Source: Planctomycetota bacterium | Lineage (GTDB): Bacteria > Planctomycetota > UBA1135 > UBA2386 | Direction: 5' to 3' | Length of the DNA stretch: 64,000 nucleotides | Assembly: GCA_046290465.1 (NCBI GenBank) | Contig: JBKAGP010000001.1 | Coordinates: 5,408,001 to 5,472,000, forward strand | Shown: piece after piece, positions 49,139-60,529 of the stretch | Position numbering within the stretch: position 1 is the first letter of the stretch | Layout of the letters: every line of letters begins with the position of its first letter | Translations under genes and position numbers: made by a program | Notes under the pieces: model-generated | Told to the model about the DNA's origin: nothing | Database searches by the model: none | The model's input: only the letters and a program-made list of their open reading frames with translations

Positions 49139-52100
49139 ATGGCAACCAAGAAGAGCGCCGACGGCGCGAGCGCGACCAAGAAGACGCGCAGTTCCACCAC
49201 CCGCAAGGCCACCGCGCGCAAGACCACGAAGAAGGCCACCAAGAAGGCCTCCAAGAAGAGCGCGAGCAAGAAGGCGGTTGCGCCGGCCAGCGGCCACGTC
49301 GTCGTCGAGCGCGAGATCGGCGGCCGCACGCTGACCCTCGAGACCGGCCGCCTGGCCAAGCTCTCGGACGGCGCCGTGCTGGCGCGCTACGGCGACACGG
49401 TGGTGTTCGCTGCGGCCAACAGCAGCAAGGCCCCCGACTTCATGGACTTCTTCCCCCTGACGGTCGACTACCGCGAGAAGATGTCGGCTGCGGGCGTGAT
49501 CCCCGGCGGCTTCTTCAAGCGCGAAGGCCGGCCGAACACGAAGGAGATCCTGACCTGCCGGATCATCGACCGCTCGATCCGGCCGATGTTCCCCGACGGC
49601 TTCCGTCGCGACGTGCAGGTGCTGTCGCAGTGCATCGCCAGCGACCGGGAGAACGACGGCGACATCCTCGCCGCGATCGCGAGCTTCGCCGCGCTGGCGG
49701 TCAGTTCGCTGCCGCACGGCCGTTCGCTCGGCATGGTACGGATGGGCTACGTCGACGGCGAACTGGTCGTCAACCCGACCTGGACGCAGCTGCAGAGCGA
49801 GGAGAACAAGCTCAACCTGACGGTCGCCGGCCACTCGGACGCGGTCGTGATGGTCGAGGCCGGCGCCAAGGAAGTGAAGGAAGACGTCGTGCTCGAGGCG
49901 CTCGCCAAGGCGCACGAGGTCATCAAGGTCGTCGTCGAGATGGTCGAGGAGCTGGCCGAGAAGGCCGGCAAGCCGAAGATGGAGTTCGACGCTCCGGAGG
50001 CCGACGCCAAGCTCGAGGCCAAGATCGAGAAGGCGCACGGCAAGGCGCTGCGCGCCGCGCCGCTGACGCTCGGCATCAAGCAGGAGCGCCAGGCCGCGAT
50101 CAAGGAGGCCAAGGCGGCCGCCGAGGCCGACTTCGCCGCGCCGGCCGACATGGACGAGGCCGAAGCGAAGGCGCACAACAAGAAGGTCGGGGAGATCATC
50201 GGCAAGCTCGTCAAGCAGGGCGAGCGCGAGTCGATCCTCGACAAGGGCGTGCGTGCCGACGGCCGCGACACCTCGACGGTGCGTCCGATCACGATCGAGG
50301 TCGGCGTGCTGCCGCGCGTGCACGGCTCGGTGCTGTTCACCCGCGGCGAGACGCAGGCGCTCGGCGTCGTCACGCTCGGCGGCACCGATGACCAGCAGAT
50401 CATCGACGGCCTGATGCCGGAGCCGCGCAAGCGCTTCCTGCTGCACTACGCGTTCCCGCCGTTCTCGGTCGGGGAGACCAAGCGCATGCTGGCGCCCGGT
50501 CGCCGCGAGATCGGCCACGGCGCGCTCGCCGAGCGCGGCCTCGAGCCGCTGCTGCCGAGCCTCGAAGAGTTCCCCTACACGATCCGCGTCACCAGCGAGA
50601 TCATGGAGTCGAACGGCTCGTCGTCGATGGCCACGGCCTGCGCCGGCACGCTGTCGATGATGGACGCCGGGGTGCCGATCAAGCAGCCGGTCGCGGGCAT
50701 CGCGATGGGCCTGGTGATGGAGGGCAAGGACTATGCGATCCTGTCCGACATCCTCGGCAGCGAGGACGCGTGCGGCGACATGGACTTCAAGGTCGTCGGC
50801 ACCGGGCGCGGCATCACCGCGCTGCAGATGGACATCAAGTGCGAGGGCCTGACCCGAGAGATCCTCGCGGAAGCGCTCGAGCAGGCCAAGGAAGGCCGTC
50901 TGCACATCCTGCGGGAGATGCTCAAGGCGCTGCGTTCGCCGCGCAAGCAGCTCAGCCCGAACGCGCCGCGACTCGAGTCGGTGCAGGTGCCGAGCGAGAA
51001 GATCGGCCTGATCATCGGCCCCGGCGGCAAGAACATCCGTTCGATGCAGGAGGAGTACGAGGTCAAGATCTCGATCGAGGACAGCGGCCTCTGCACGATC
51101 ACCGGCGTCAACGGCGAGAAGGTCGACAAGTGCCTCGAGCACATCAAGGCGATGACCGCCGAGGTCGAACTCGGCACCGTCTACACCGGCCGCGTCACGG
51201 CGATCAAGGAGTTCGGCGCGTTCGTCGAGATCCTGCCGGGCCAGGAAGGCCTGGTGCACGTCAGTGAGCTCTCCAACGAGTTCATCCGGGCGGTCACCGA
51301 CGTCGTGCGCATCGGCGATGAGGTCGAGGTCAAGGTCATCGCGATCGACGACTTCGGCAAGGTCAAGCTGAGCCGCAAGGCGCTGATGGAGCCCGCCGAG
51401 GGCGGCGCCGAAGGTGGGGACGAGGGCGACGAAGGCCCGCGTGGCCGCCGCCCGCGTCGCGACGACGAAGGCGAGGAGCGTCCGCGTCGCTCGCGCGAGG
51501 AGCGTGGCGATCGCGGCGATCGCGAAGAGCGCCGGCCGCGCCGTAGCCGCGAGTGGGACGAAGAGGGCGAAGGTCGCGAAGAGCGCCCGGCCCGTGGTCG
51601 CGGCCCGCGCCGCGACGACGAGGTCGAGGATCGTCCGCGCCGCCCGGCGCGCGACGAGGACGGGGAGCGCGAGGAGCGCCGCCCGCGCCGCGGTCGCCGT
51701 GACGATCGCGACGACGAGGTCGAGGCCCGCGACGACGCGCCGCGCCGCGGCCGTCGCCCGCGTCGCGACGACGAAGGTGAGGATCGCCCGCGCCGTCCGC
51801 GTCGCGACGACGAAGGTGAGGATCGTCCGCGCCGTCCGCGTCGCGACGACGAAGGTGAGGATCGTCCGCGCCGTCCGCGTCGTGACGACCAAGGTGAGGA
51901 TCGTCCGCGCCGTCCGCGTCGCGACGACCAAGGTGAGGATCGTCCGCGCCGTCCGCGTCGCGACGACGCCGGGGACGACCGTCCGCGCCGCTCGCGTCGC
52001 GACGACGACGAGGATCGCCCGCGCCGCCCGCGCCGCGATGACGCCGGGGACGACCGCCCGCGCCGCGACGACGACGACGATCGCCCGCGCCGTTCGCGCC

Positions 52101-52372
52101 GGGACGACGAGGGCGACGAGCGCCCGCGCCGTTCGCGTCGCCGCGACGAAGGTGAGGATCGCCCGCGCCGTCCGCGCCGCGACGACGAAGACGAGCGCCC
52201 GAGCCGCCGCGGTGGCCGCAGCTCGTCGATGCCGATGGCCGAGTTCGACGAAGGCGGCAAGGAAGCCGGCTTCGGCGGCGAGCCCGAGCTGGAGTCGATC
52301 GACAGCGTGATCGGCGATGGCGAGGAGCGTCCGCGCCGCGGTCGTGGCCGCCGCCCGCGCCGCCGCGACTGA
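49139..52372 (+). CDS. pnp: Polyribonucleotide nucleotidyltransferase with Lys-rich N-extension and long Arg/Asp-rich C-tail
   Basis: DFFPLTVDYRE, GFFKREGRP, RREIGHG, SNGSSSMA, GDMDFK, KH (IIGPGGK) and S1 (FGAFVEI..G.EGLVHVS) motifs. Confidence 0.98.
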   Translation: MATKKSADGASATKKTRSSTTRKATARKTTKKATKKASKKSASKKAVAPASGHVVVEREIGGRTLTLETGRLAKLSDGAVLARYGDTVVFAAANSSKAPDFMDFFPLTVDYREKMSAAGVIPGGFFKREGRPNTKEILTCRIIDRSIRPMFPDGFRRDVQVLSQCIASDRENDGDILAAIASFAALAVSSLPHGRSLGMVRMGYVDGELVVNPTWTQLQSEENKLNLTVAGHSDAVVMVEAGAKEVKEDVVLEALAKAHEVIKVVVEMVEELAEKAGKPKMEFDAPEADAKLEAKIEKAHGKALRAAPLTLGIKQERQAAIKEAKAAAEADFAAPADMDEAEAKAHNKKVGEIIGKLVKQGERESILDKGVRADGRDTSTVRPITIEVGVLPRVHGSVLFTRGETQALGVVTLGGTDDQQIIDGLMPEPRKRFLLHYAFPPFSVGETKRMLAPGRREIGHGALAERGLEPLLPSLEEFPYTIRVTSEIMESNGSSSMATACAGTLSMMDAGVPIKQPVAGIAMGLVMEGKDYAILSDILGSEDACGDMDFKVVGTGRGITALQMDIKCEGLTREILAEALEQAKEGRLHILREMLKALRSPRKQLSPNAPRLESVQVPSEKIGLIIGPGGKNIRSMQEEYEVKISIEDSGLCTITGVNGEKVDKCLEHIKAMTAEVELGTVYTGRVTAIKEFGAFVEILPGQEGLVHVSELSNEFIRAVTDVVRIGDEVEVKVIAIDDFGKVKLSRKALMEPAEGGAEGGDEGDEGPRGRRPRRDDEGEERPRRSREERGDRGDREERRPRRSREWDEEGEGREERPARGRGPRRDDEVEDRPRRPARDEDGEREERRPRRGRRDDRDDEVEARDDAPRRGRRPRRDDEGEDRPRRPRRDDEGEDRPRRPRRDDEGEDRPRRPRRDDQGEDRPRRPRRDDQGEDRPRRPRRDDAGDDRPRRSRRDDDEDRPRRPRRDDAGDDRPRRDDDDDRPRRSRRDDEGDERPRRSRRRDEGEDRPRRPRRDDEDERPSRRGGRSSSMPMAEFDEGGKEAGFGGEPELESIDSVIGDGEERPRRGRGRRPRRRD
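51755..52200 (+). repeat. 39-bp coding tandem repeat (DRPRRPRRDDEGE) in the pnp C-tail
   Basis: About 5 near-identical copies of GATCGTCCGCGCCGTCCGCGTCGCGACGACGAAGGTGAG, followed by degenerate copies. Confidence 0.92.
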
Positions 52373-52510
52373 TCGGAACCCCGCGGCGCGCTGTCGAGCG
52401 CGCCGCCGACTGGGCCGCCCGGGCGATGCGCATCAGCGCATCCCGGGCCCGATCCTCAGGCCGGTCGCTTGTCGGCCAGGCCACTTCGCGACTAGCATGC
52501 CGCGACCTCG

Positions 52511-55500
52511 ATGGTCCGCATGCTGCTCACGACGCTGCTGGTCACCGCCCTGGCGGGGACCAGTTCTGGCCAGAACACCTCCGATCCGCAGGGGCCGGAA
52601 TTGGTCGCCAGCCGTTTCACCCCGGTCGTCGACGGCGACCTGGCGGATTGGAAGGCCTTTACTGGGAACGGCTTCGGGCGTGACCAGATCTTCGAGGGCG
52701 CCGACAAGTGGAAGAGCGGCAAGGACCTCTCGGCCAATTTATTGGTCAGCTGGGACAACAACCGGCTCTACCTCGCCGGCACGGTCCGGGACGACCAGTT
52801 CGCCGCAGACGAACTCGCCGCGCAGCGTCAGGTCGACTGCATCGAGGTCCACGTCGGCGGCGACACCCGCGACGCGGCGACCCGCACCGAGCGCAGCGTG
52901 CTGCGGCTGTTCCCGATGCAGGCGCACCGGCCGTGGGCGTGGGGCGGCGGCCAGCGCGCGGCCGTCGGTGAGGAGCCGGTCCAGCAGATCACCCAGCTGG
53001 CCGGCCTGACGGTCGTCGGCAAGCAGCTCGACGCGACCTCGTACCAGTTCGAGGCGGCGATCCCGTTCCATCACTTCCCGAACCTGCGCCCCGGCACCAC
53101 CAGCTTCGGGTTCGATCTGGCCCTGCGCGACCACGACCTCGCCGGAGGTGGCGGCGGCACGTCGATGTCGTGGAGCCGCACCGACCCGTTCTTCGGGCCG
53201 CGCAACGCGGTGCTGCGGCTCGGCGAGCCGGGCCTGCTGGCGCCGACTGTCGAGCCGCGGCCGCTGCTGTCGGGCGAACTGCTGGTCGATCTGCCGTACC
53301 TGCTGGTGCCGCTGCTCGCGCTGGTCGCGCTGGTGCTGCTGTTGCGCGGCTGGGCGCGCATCCGCGGCCGGGTGCGCTGGCTGCGCAGTGCGCTGGTGGT
53401 GGTCGGGGTCACGACCTTCCTGGTCGGGCTGTGGCTGCCGTCGCTGATGACGTCGTGGCGCGCCGACGAGCAGCGCCAGCAGCTGGCGGCACGGCTCGGC
53501 AACCTGCAGGCCATGCTGCCGTTGCTCGAGGGCGGCTCGCTGAAGAGCTACCGCGGCGCCAGCCGCGACCGCGCCGTCGTCGACCTCGTCAGCGGCCGCG
53601 GCATCACCCGCCAGCGCTACACGACCTACCGGTCGCTGGTCGACATCGCGCCCGAGCAGTTCGGGCCGCCGGTGCGTTCGTTCGACGGCCTGCCGGTGCG
53701 CTGCTACTGGCTGCCGCTGCCCGAGGAGCGCACCGAGAGCTTCCAGTTCGACCGCGAACTGCAGGGCAACAAGCTGTTCCTGGTGGTGGCGCGCCCGTTC
53801 GCGCCGTCGATCGCGCTGACCACCGATCCGCTGCCGCCGGCGGTGCTCGACATCGAGCTCGACTACGGCGAGGAGAAGGTGCAGCAGCAGATCTCGCTCG
53901 ACCTGCCGTTCGACGACGCGACGTCGCTCGGCCGCGACTTCTGGGAGGCCGGCATCGTGCAGCTCGAGCTGTCGGGCCAGCTGCGGTCGGCGACGCTCGG
54001 CTGCGCCGGCAACCCCGACGTGCGCCTGGTCGGCATGTCGCTCGAAGGTGCCGAGGTCGGCTCGGTCGAGCCGCTGTCGCTCGGCAAGCCGTCGCGCGAC
54101 GGCGTGCTGACCGATCTGCGCGGCGCCTACCCACAGGACGCCGGCCTCGAGCTGGCGCCGGGCGCGGTCGCCAAGGTCACGATCCCGGAGGACGTCGAGT
54201 CGCCGGAGAAGATGTGGCTGTTCTACCGCGCGGTCTACCCCGGCCTGCCGGCGTCCAACCCGGGCTCGCGCGTCGCCGAGGTCGTGCTGCACTTCCGCGA
54301 CGGCCGCCAGAAGCAGACCCACGTGCTCGAGCACCAGGTCTCGATGTTCTACGAGCTGGCGGTGCACAACACGCGCGATGACCCGCCCGAGGAGTCGGCT
54401 GCGTCGATCGCGCTGACGTGGGTCGACGACACCCAGGAGCGGCACGTCAACGTCGGCTACCCGCTGCTGGAGCTGCCGACCGACACGTCGGTCGAGGCGA
54501 TCGAGTTCAAGAACCTCGCCGACTACCGCATGCGGTTCCGTTCGGTGGTGTTCGTCAACCAGCGCGCGGTCGCGCCGCAGGATCCGCCCGACTCGCCGCT
54601 GGTCAAGAAGGGCAACCAGCGGTTCCTGAGCGAGGCGGCGCTCGCCGAACTCGACGACCTGGTGGTCTCGATCTACCGCACCGGCGAACTCAGTGAGTCG
54701 ACGCTCGGCCTCGAGCAGCGCGTCGACGTGCAGACGCTGCCGCGCTCGGTCGGCTCGGCCGAGTCGACCGAGACCGCGTCGCTGCTGCCGAGCGGCGGCC
54801 GCCGTCTGTCGCTGTTCGCGCCGCTGCGCGGCGACGGTTGGGACGGCGCGGTGCTGGCGGTCTCGGCGACCGACGACCAGTGGGCGGCGTCCGAGCAGTC
54901 GGGCAACCGCATGGGGCTGCTGCTGTGCCTGTTGAGCACGCCGTTCCTGCTGGTGCTGCTGAGCGAACTGCTGGCGGTCGTGACCAACCTGCGCTTCCGC
55001 CTGATGACGGTGCTCTCGGTCGCGTCGCTGGCACCGCTCGGCCTGCTGTCGCTGGTGCTCGTGCAGGTGCTCGAGAGCGGCCACGAGACCGAACTCGAAG
55101 GCAGCGTGCGCGCCACCGTGCGCAGCGCAATGGCGCAGCTCGAGGACCAGAAGGTGCGGGTGCAGCAATCGGCGCAGCAGTGGCTGCGCGACCTGGCGAC
55201 GCTGGCCAACGAGAAGCTCGAGGGGCTGCCGCAGCAGCCGCAGGGCCAGGAGCAGGGCATCTCGATCGCGTCGTTCTCCGACGAGCTGCAGGCGCTGCTG
55301 TCCGGCCAGCTGCCGCCCGAGTGGGGCGGCGGCTTCCTGCGGCTCGAGTGGCAGCAGCCCGGCGAAGGTGCGGCCGCGCCGCTGGTGCTGGTCTCGGGCG
55401 ACGACCGCATGGTGCAGGCGGAGGCGCCGGCGCGCCTCGATCCGGGCCTGTTCATGCAGTGGGGGCGGTTGATGCTCGGCGTGCGCGCCGAGCAGGTCGT

Positions 55501-58336
55501 GCACGGCGGCACGCTGTCGCTGACCGCCGGCCGCCCGATCGACGGCAGCCTGCTGGGCGCGCTGGCGCCCGGGCGCGACCTGCTGTTGACCGACGTGCGC
55601 GGCTACCCGCTCGCGGCCAGCGACGGGCGCGAACGCGCGCAGCGGCTGGTGCAGCACGCCTACGACCCGCCGACGATGGCCGAACGCGAACGCGCGGTCG
55701 CGACCGTCGAGGAGACCCGCCAGCCGGTGATCGTGCGCGAGTCCGGGCCGACCGGCGACCAGGTGGTCGGCGCCGAGGTGCTGCGCGACCTGCAGGAGAC
55801 GCCGCGCGCGCTGCTGGTGGCGGCGATGCCCGACGAGCGCGCGACGCTCGAACTCGCGATCGGGCGGATCCCGGTGCGCGCGTTCTTCCTGCTGGTCGCC
55901 GGCTCGCTGGTCGTGCTCGCGGCGTTCTTGTCGTTCGTCGTCAGCGGCCGCATCAGCCGTCCGATCGAGCGGCTCGAGAAGGGCGCGCAGGCGCTCTCGC
56001 GCGGCCAGTTCGACACCCGCGTGCCGGACGACGAGGGCGGCCAGGTCGGTCGCCTGACGCGCGCGTTCAACCAGATGGCCGAGGACCTGCACGGTCGCCT
56101 GCGCGACCTGCAGGCGCTCAACCGCACGATGGGGGAGCTCGCCGCAGAACACGACGAGGCGCGCGCGATCGAGGTCCTGCGGCGGTTCTGCGCCAACCAC
56201 ACGGCCGCCGACGCGGTGGTCGCGACGATGCTCGACGACAGCGGCACGGCGCTGGTCGTGCACAGCGACGGCGAGGTCGTCGGCGAACGGATCGAGCTCG
56301 GCGGCTTCGCGATCGTCTCGCTCGGCGGCCCGTTCTGTGCGCGCGCTCGCAGCGGCAGCCTGCCGCCGCCGTGGAGCGACGCGCTGCCGCAATCGGGTTC
56401 GGTGCTCGGCTTGCCGATCGTGTTCGCCGGCCAGACGCGTGGCGTGGTCCTGCTCGGCTTCGACCTGGGCCACCCGTCGCCGGTCGACCTGGAGCTGTTG
56501 ACGACGGTGGTCGCGCAGGCGGCGTCGGCGTGTGAGCGATCGCAGCTGCAGCGGCTGGCGGTGCAGGATCCGGTGACCGGAGCGTTTGCGACCGACTACT
56601 TCCGTCGCCGCGTCGTCGACGAGGTGTCGCTGGCGCAGCACGGCGGCCATCCGTTCGCCCTGCTCGCGTTCCGCGTCTCCGAGCGCAACCGCAGCGCGCT
56701 GCGGCTGCAGCGGTTCGCCCACCTGCTCGGCGAACGGGTCGCCGACCGCGGCGTCGTCGGGCACGGCGAGGGAGGTCGCTTCTACGTGGCGCTGCCGGGT
56801 GTCGATCGCAGCGACGCCGAACTGGTGCGCCAGGGCGTCGCGGCGGACTGGCGCGAGGAGGGGCGGCGCGACGGCATCGAGGCCGGTGGCGCCGCGTTCG
56901 GCAGCGCGGTCGTGGTGTTCCCCGAGGAGGCGGCGTCGGCCGAGTTCCTGTTCGAGGCGGTGCGCGCACAGCTCGCCAAGGATCCGGTGCGCGACGCGGT
57001 CGAGGCCGAGTCCGACGCCAGCCTGCTGCGCGCCGGCGTGACCGCGGTCAGCGCCGCGATGCGTCCGGTCTACGGCACGCTGCGGCGCGTCGCGCCGACC
57101 GACCTGCCGATCCTGCTCGAGGGCGAGACCGGCGTCGGCAAGGAGGTGCTGACCAACCTGGTGCACCGCTGGAGCCGCCGCGCCCGCGGGCCGCTGGTCA
57201 AGGTGCACTGCGCGTCGCTGTCCGAGACCCTGCTCGCGAGCGAACTGTTCGGCCACGAGCGCGGCGCGTTCACCGGCGCGGACCGACGCAAGGTCGGCCG
57301 CTTCGAGCAGGCGAGCGGCGGCACGCTGTTCCTCGACGAGGTCGGCGAGATCCCGCTCGACGTGCAGGTCGCGCTGCTGCGAGCACTGCAGGAAGGCGAG
57401 ATCGATCGCGTCGGCGGCACCGAGCCGGTCCAGGTCGACGTGCGCGTCATCGCGGCGACCAACCGCGACATGAAGCAGATGGTCGCGGACGGCCGGTTCC
57501 GGGAGGACCTGTACTATCGCCTGCAGGGCATGGTCGTGGTCGTGCCACCGCTGCGCGACCGCCGCGAGGAGTTGCCGCCGCTGGTCGAGCGGTTCCGGCA
57601 GGAGATCGTCGCCGACGGCCACGCGCCGGCGCGCGAGCTGTCCACGGGTGCGCTCGACGAGCTCTACCGGCAGGAGTGGCCGGGCAACATCCGGCAACTG
57701 CGCACGACGGTGTTCCGGGCGCTGGTGCTGGCGCGTGGGGCGGTCGTGCGCCAGCACGACGTGCTGGCGGCGCTCGCGGGCGGGGCGGCGGCTCCGGAGC
57801 TGCCGGATGCGGTCACGGTCCCGCCCGCCGAGCCGGTGGCTCCCGGCGGGTCGGCCGAGTCGGGCCCGGTCATCGAAGGGGCGGCCGCCGAAGAACCGCT
57901 GGCCGGGACCGCGCCGCCGGCCGGGATCGCCGTCGAGCCCGCTGGTGCGGAGGCGCCAGCGAGGATCCCGCGCCCTGCCGGGGATCCCGACGGTGCGGCC
58001 CCCGAAGTGTCGCGCAATCCGGCGGTCGAGGCCAAGGCGGTCGAGGTACCGCGGCCGGATGCGACGGTTCCGGATCGCGAATCCGGTGTGGCCGAATCCC
58101 ATTCCGAGCCCGACCCGGCCGATCTCTCGCCACGTCTCAGGGGGCTGCTATCCCTGATCCGGGAGCGGGGCCGATGCACCACGCAGGAGCACATGGCCAA
58201 TTCGGGAGTGTCTCACCGGACGGCGCTGCGTGACCTGCAGGCGCTTGTCTCGCAGGGGTTTATCGAGCGTGTCGGGGTTCGTCGGGGAGCCTGGTATCGG
58301 CTTTCGGCCGGCGTGACCGATTCTGCGTCCGATTGA
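52511..58336 (+). CDS. Giant membrane-bound sigma-54-dependent activator (CBM9-like, TMs, HAMP, GAF, degenerate GGDEF-like, AAA+, HTH)
   Basis: Signal peptide; VDGDLADW...WD..RLY...V.DD (CBM9-like); TM helices; RPIERL...L.RAFNQMA (HAMP); [39 protein letters not shown] and WPGNIRQL; C-terminal wHTH ([13 protein letters not shown]). Confidence 0.9.
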   Translation: MVRMLLTTLLVTALAGTSSGQNTSDPQGPELVASRFTPVVDGDLADWKAFTGNGFGRDQIFEGADKWKSGKDLSANLLVSWDNNRLYLAGTVRDDQFAADELAAQRQVDCIEVHVGGDTRDAATRTERSVLRLFPMQAHRPWAWGGGQRAAVGEEPVQQITQLAGLTVVGKQLDATSYQFEAAIPFHHFPNLRPGTTSFGFDLALRDHDLAGGGGGTSMSWSRTDPFFGPRNAVLRLGEPGLLAPTVEPRPLLSGELLVDLPYLLVPLLALVALVLLLRGWARIRGRVRWLRSALVVVGVTTFLVGLWLPSLMTSWRADEQRQQLAARLGNLQAMLPLLEGGSLKSYRGASRDRAVVDLVSGRGITRQRYTTYRSLVDIAPEQFGPPVRSFDGLPVRCYWLPLPEERTESFQFDRELQGNKLFLVVARPFAPSIALTTDPLPPAVLDIELDYGEEKVQQQISLDLPFDDATSLGRDFWEAGIVQLELSGQLRSATLGCAGNPDVRLVGMSLEGAEVGSVEPLSLGKPSRDGVLTDLRGAYPQDAGLELAPGAVAKVTIPEDVESPEKMWLFYRAVYPGLPASNPGSRVAEVVLHFRDGRQKQTHVLEHQVSMFYELAVHNTRDDPPEESAASIALTWVDDTQERHVNVGYPLLELPTDTSVEAIEFKNLADYRMRFRSVVFVNQRAVAPQDPPDSPLVKKGNQRFLSEAALAELDDLVVSIYRTGELSESTLGLEQRVDVQTLPRSVGSAESTETASLLPSGGRRLSLFAPLRGDGWDGAVLAVSATDDQWAASEQSGNRMGLLLCLLSTPFLLVLLSELLAVVTNLRFRLMTVLSVASLAPLGLLSLVLVQVLESGHETELEGSVRATVRSAMAQLEDQKVRVQQSAQQWLRDLATLANEKLEGLPQQPQGQEQGISIASFSDELQALLSGQLPPEWGGGFLRLEWQQPGEGAAAPLVLVSGDDRMVQAEAPARLDPGLFMQWGRLMLGVRAEQVVHGGTLSLTAGRPIDGSLLGALAPGRDLLLTDVRGYPLAASDGRERAQRLVQHAYDPPTMAERERAVATVEETRQPVIVRESGPTGDQVVGAEVLRDLQETPRALLVAAMPDERATLELAIGRIPVRAFFLLVAGSLVVLAAFLSFVVSGRISRPIERLEKGAQALSRGQFDTRVPDDEGGQVGRLTRAFNQMAEDLHGRLRDLQALNRTMGELAAEHDEARAIEVLRRFCANHTAADAVVATMLDDSGTALVVHSDGEVVGERIELGGFAIVSLGGPFCARARSGSLPPPWSDALPQSGSVLGLPIVFAGQTRGVVLLGFDLGHPSPVDLELLTTVVAQAASACERSQLQRLAVQDPVTGAFATDYFRRRVVDEVSLAQHGGHPFALLAFRVSERNRSALRLQRFAHLLGERVADRGVVGHGEGGRFYVALPGVDRSDAELVRQGVAADWREEGRRDGIEAGGAAFGSAVVVFPEEAASAEFLFEAVRAQLAKDPVRDAVEAESDASLLRAGVTAVSAAMRPVYGTLRRVAPTDLPILLEGETGVGKEVLTNLVHRWSRRARGPLVKVHCASLSETLLASELFGHERGAFTGADRRKVGRFEQASGGTLFLDEVGEIPLDVQVALLRALQEGEIDRVGGTEPVQVDVRVIAATNRDMKQMVADGRFREDLYYRLQGMVVVVPPLRDRREELPPLVERFRQEIVADGHAPARELSTGALDELYRQEWPGNIRQLRTTVFRALVLARGAVVRQHDVLAALAGGAAAPELPDAVTVPPAEPVAPGGSAESGPVIEGAAAEEPLAGTAPPAGIAVEPAGAEAPARIPRPAGDPDGAAPEVSRNPAVEAKAVEVPRPDATVPDRESGVAESHSEPDPADLSPRLRGLLSLIRERGRCTTQEHMANSGVSHRTALRDLQALVSQGFIERVGVRRGAWYRLSAGVTDSASD

Positions 58337-58455
58337 ATCCACAGCGTGGCCAGTTCTGTCCACATCTCGCCAAGGGTGTGGCCATTACTTTTTCTGAAGT
58401 CGTAGAAGCCTTTCCCGCAACAGGTTGGCGGAGGATTCGTCCGATTGGCCGATTG

Positions 58456-58472
58456 CAGGCCCGAAGCTTGCT
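58456..58472 (+). promoter_or_regulatory. Putative sigma-54 (-24/-12) promoter
   Basis: CAGGCCCGAAGCTTGCT gives GG-N10-GC with TTGC at -12; about 100 nt upstream of the ATG at 58575. Confidence 0.6.
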
Positions 58473-58574
58473 CATCCGGCATGCAGCGATTGGCCGAATC
58501 TCCAACCGGGTCAGCGGCCGCCGAACGCCACAGCACCACGCAACGCGAACCACGCAACGCCACGCGACACAGTC

Positions 58575-58955
58575 ATGCGCACCAACCTGATCGTCAGCTT
58601 GTTCCTCACCACCTTCCTGGCCGCGACGGCTTCTGCCCAGGTCTCCCTGAAGAAGAAGGCGGTGGTCTACGTCGGCAGCGCAGCCAATACGTCCGCGCCC
58701 GCCACGCTGGTCGCGAAAAAGGTGCGCTCGGCCACTCCTGAGTGGAAGAAGATCAAGAGCGACGGGATCGACCCGGACTCGGCTCGCGGCAAGCAGCTGA
58801 TCACCAAGATGAACAAGCGCATCCGCAAGGCGGTCAAGGCAGTCGCCGACAGCGAGAGCCGCGACATGGTGACGCGCAAGATGGACCTGCGGGACGACCA
58901 GGGTCGCGAGGTCGTCGACCTGACCGATCTGGTCATCGCCGAGATCGAGGCGTAG
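58575..58955 (+). CDS. Small secreted basic protein, OmpH/Skp-like
   Basis: Signal peptide ending ASA-Q; C-terminal IRKAVKAVA.....DMV...VDLTDLVIAEI resembles the Skp core. Confidence 0.55.
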   Translation: MRTNLIVSLFLTTFLAATASAQVSLKKKAVVYVGSAANTSAPATLVAKKVRSATPEWKKIKSDGIDPDSARGKQLITKMNKRIRKAVKAVADSESRDMVTRKMDLRDDQGREVVDLTDLVIAEIEA

Positions 58956-59041
58956 GGCGGTCGTCGGGGAACCCGGTTTGCGCAGTTGCGAGGCGCCGAA
59001 AGCCTCGCGCAGATCCTTCATCTGCTCCACAATCTCCGTCC

Positions 59042-60529
59042 GTGCCACGTCTCGATCTTCTCTGGCCCGCGCTGCGCACGGGGGCCTGGGCCTCGGCGCT
59101 GCTGGCGTTGGGTTGCGTCAACGCCGGCCCGCCCAAGCGTGTCGCCGAGACCCGCGTCGAGGGCGCGGTCTTCGGTGGTTCGCGGAGTGCCGGCCCGGTC
59201 GCCTGGCGGCTCGGCGACGACCACAAGCTCGACTCCGCCTCCTATCGCGCGGCCAGTGCTTCGCCGCAGGACCCGCAGGGTCAGGACCCGGAGACGGCCG
59301 AACAGCGCGATGCGCGGCTGCGTCTCGAGTTCGGCAGCAACGTGCTGATCAGCGCCGACGGCTCGGTCACCAAGCAGTTCTTCCTCGCGGGCGACCTGGC
59401 GCAGACGTTCCTCAAGCTGATCGCGGAGATCACGCCGGAAAAGCCGCCGGTCGACGGCCGGCAGCCGCAGCCGGTGCCCAAGCCGGGCACCAAGATCGGC
59501 GGTCCGGCGGCGACCAGCATCCTCGGCCGCATGCTGCGCGAGCACACCGTCGAGGTAACGTTCGTGCCGGACTTCGAGGTCCTGAGCGGGGCCAAGCTGG
59601 TCGATCAGACCAACAAGGCGTCGGTGATCACCGGCGAGCCGCCGAACTGGAAGTACAAGGACGCTCCGACCGTGTCGCTGGCGTTGGTCACGGCGCAGCC
59701 GGCTGGCCTGGCCGCGTTCGAGGCGGCGCTCGACCTGTTCTACAGCAGCATCCCGCAGGTCGAGATCAGCGTGCTGGTCATCGAGTACAACACCGGTGAC
59801 GCGCTGTCGTTCGGCGTCGCGCAGCTCGACGAGAACACGCCGATCCTCAACAACCTGACCAGCAGCCAGCTGGTGCGTTCGTACTCGTCGGCGTTCCCGG
59901 CCAGCCAGCCGATCGTCGGCACGACGCCGGTGGCCGACATCGGCCGGTTCGCGCTCGGCGGCATCCACGACGCGTGGGAGCTCAACGCGCTGATCGAGGC
60001 GCTCGAGGCCAACAACCTCGCCGACATCACCAGCTCGCCCAAGATGGTCGTGCGCAACGGCGGCGTCGCGGCGATCTCGACGCTGACGCAGGTGCCGTTC
60101 CCGAAGGCGAAGTTCTCGCAGCTCGGTTCCGAGGTCGCGACCGACATCAGCTTCAAGCCGGTCGGCGTGCGGATGAACATCATCCCGGTCATCGCCGGCA
60201 CCGACTCGGTGATCCTGCAGGTGTTCGCCGACGTGTCCGCGATCACCAGCTTCGCCGATACGACGCCGATCGTGACGCCGGTGACCAGCCAGCGCAGCGC
60301 CGTGACGACCGTCTACCTCAAGGACGGACACACGCTGGTGATCGGCGGGCTCAAGTCGAAGACCCTGTTCGAGAGCGAGACCAAGGTCCCGATCCTCGGC
60401 GACATCCCGGTGCTCGGCTTCCTGTTCCGCTCGACGTCGACGGTGCGCAACGAGACCACGGTCGAGTTCCACATCACGCCCCGGATCGTCGAGGACCGCG
60501 GCTCGCCGACGATCGGCACGCAGTTCTGA
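59042..60529 (+). CDS. Type II/III secretion system secretin (short GspD-like), lipoprotein signal
   Basis: PQVEISV..IE, SSPKMVV.NG..A.I, G.TLVIGGL, KVPILGDIPVLGFLFRS and ITPRIV motifs; lipobox ALGC. Confidence 0.88.
   Translation: MPRLDLLWPALRTGAWASALLALGCVNAGPPKRVAETRVEGAVFGGSRSAGPVAWRLGDDHKLDSASYRAASASPQDPQGQDPETAEQRDARLRLEFGSNVLISADGSVTKQFFLAGDLAQTFLKLIAEITPEKPPVDGRQPQPVPKPGTKIGGPAATSILGRMLREHTVEVTFVPDFEVLSGAKLVDQTNKASVITGEPPNWKYKDAPTVSLALVTAQPAGLAAFEAALDLFYSSIPQVEISVLVIEYNTGDALSFGVAQLDENTPILNNLTSSQLVRSYSSAFPASQPIVGTTPVADIGRFALGGIHDAWELNALIEALEANNLADITSSPKMVVRNGGVAAISTLTQVPFPKAKFSQLGSEVATDISFKPVGVRMNIIPVIAGTDSVILQVFADVSAITSFADTTPIVTPVTSQRSAVTTVYLKDGHTLVIGGLKSKTLFESETKVPILGDIPVLGFLFRSTSTVRNETTVEFHITPRIVEDRGSPTIGTQF

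Noticed and set aside
51755..52200. 39-bp repeats as a possible CRISPR array
   Set aside because: There are no unique spacers, the repeats are in frame within pnp, and no cas genes are present.
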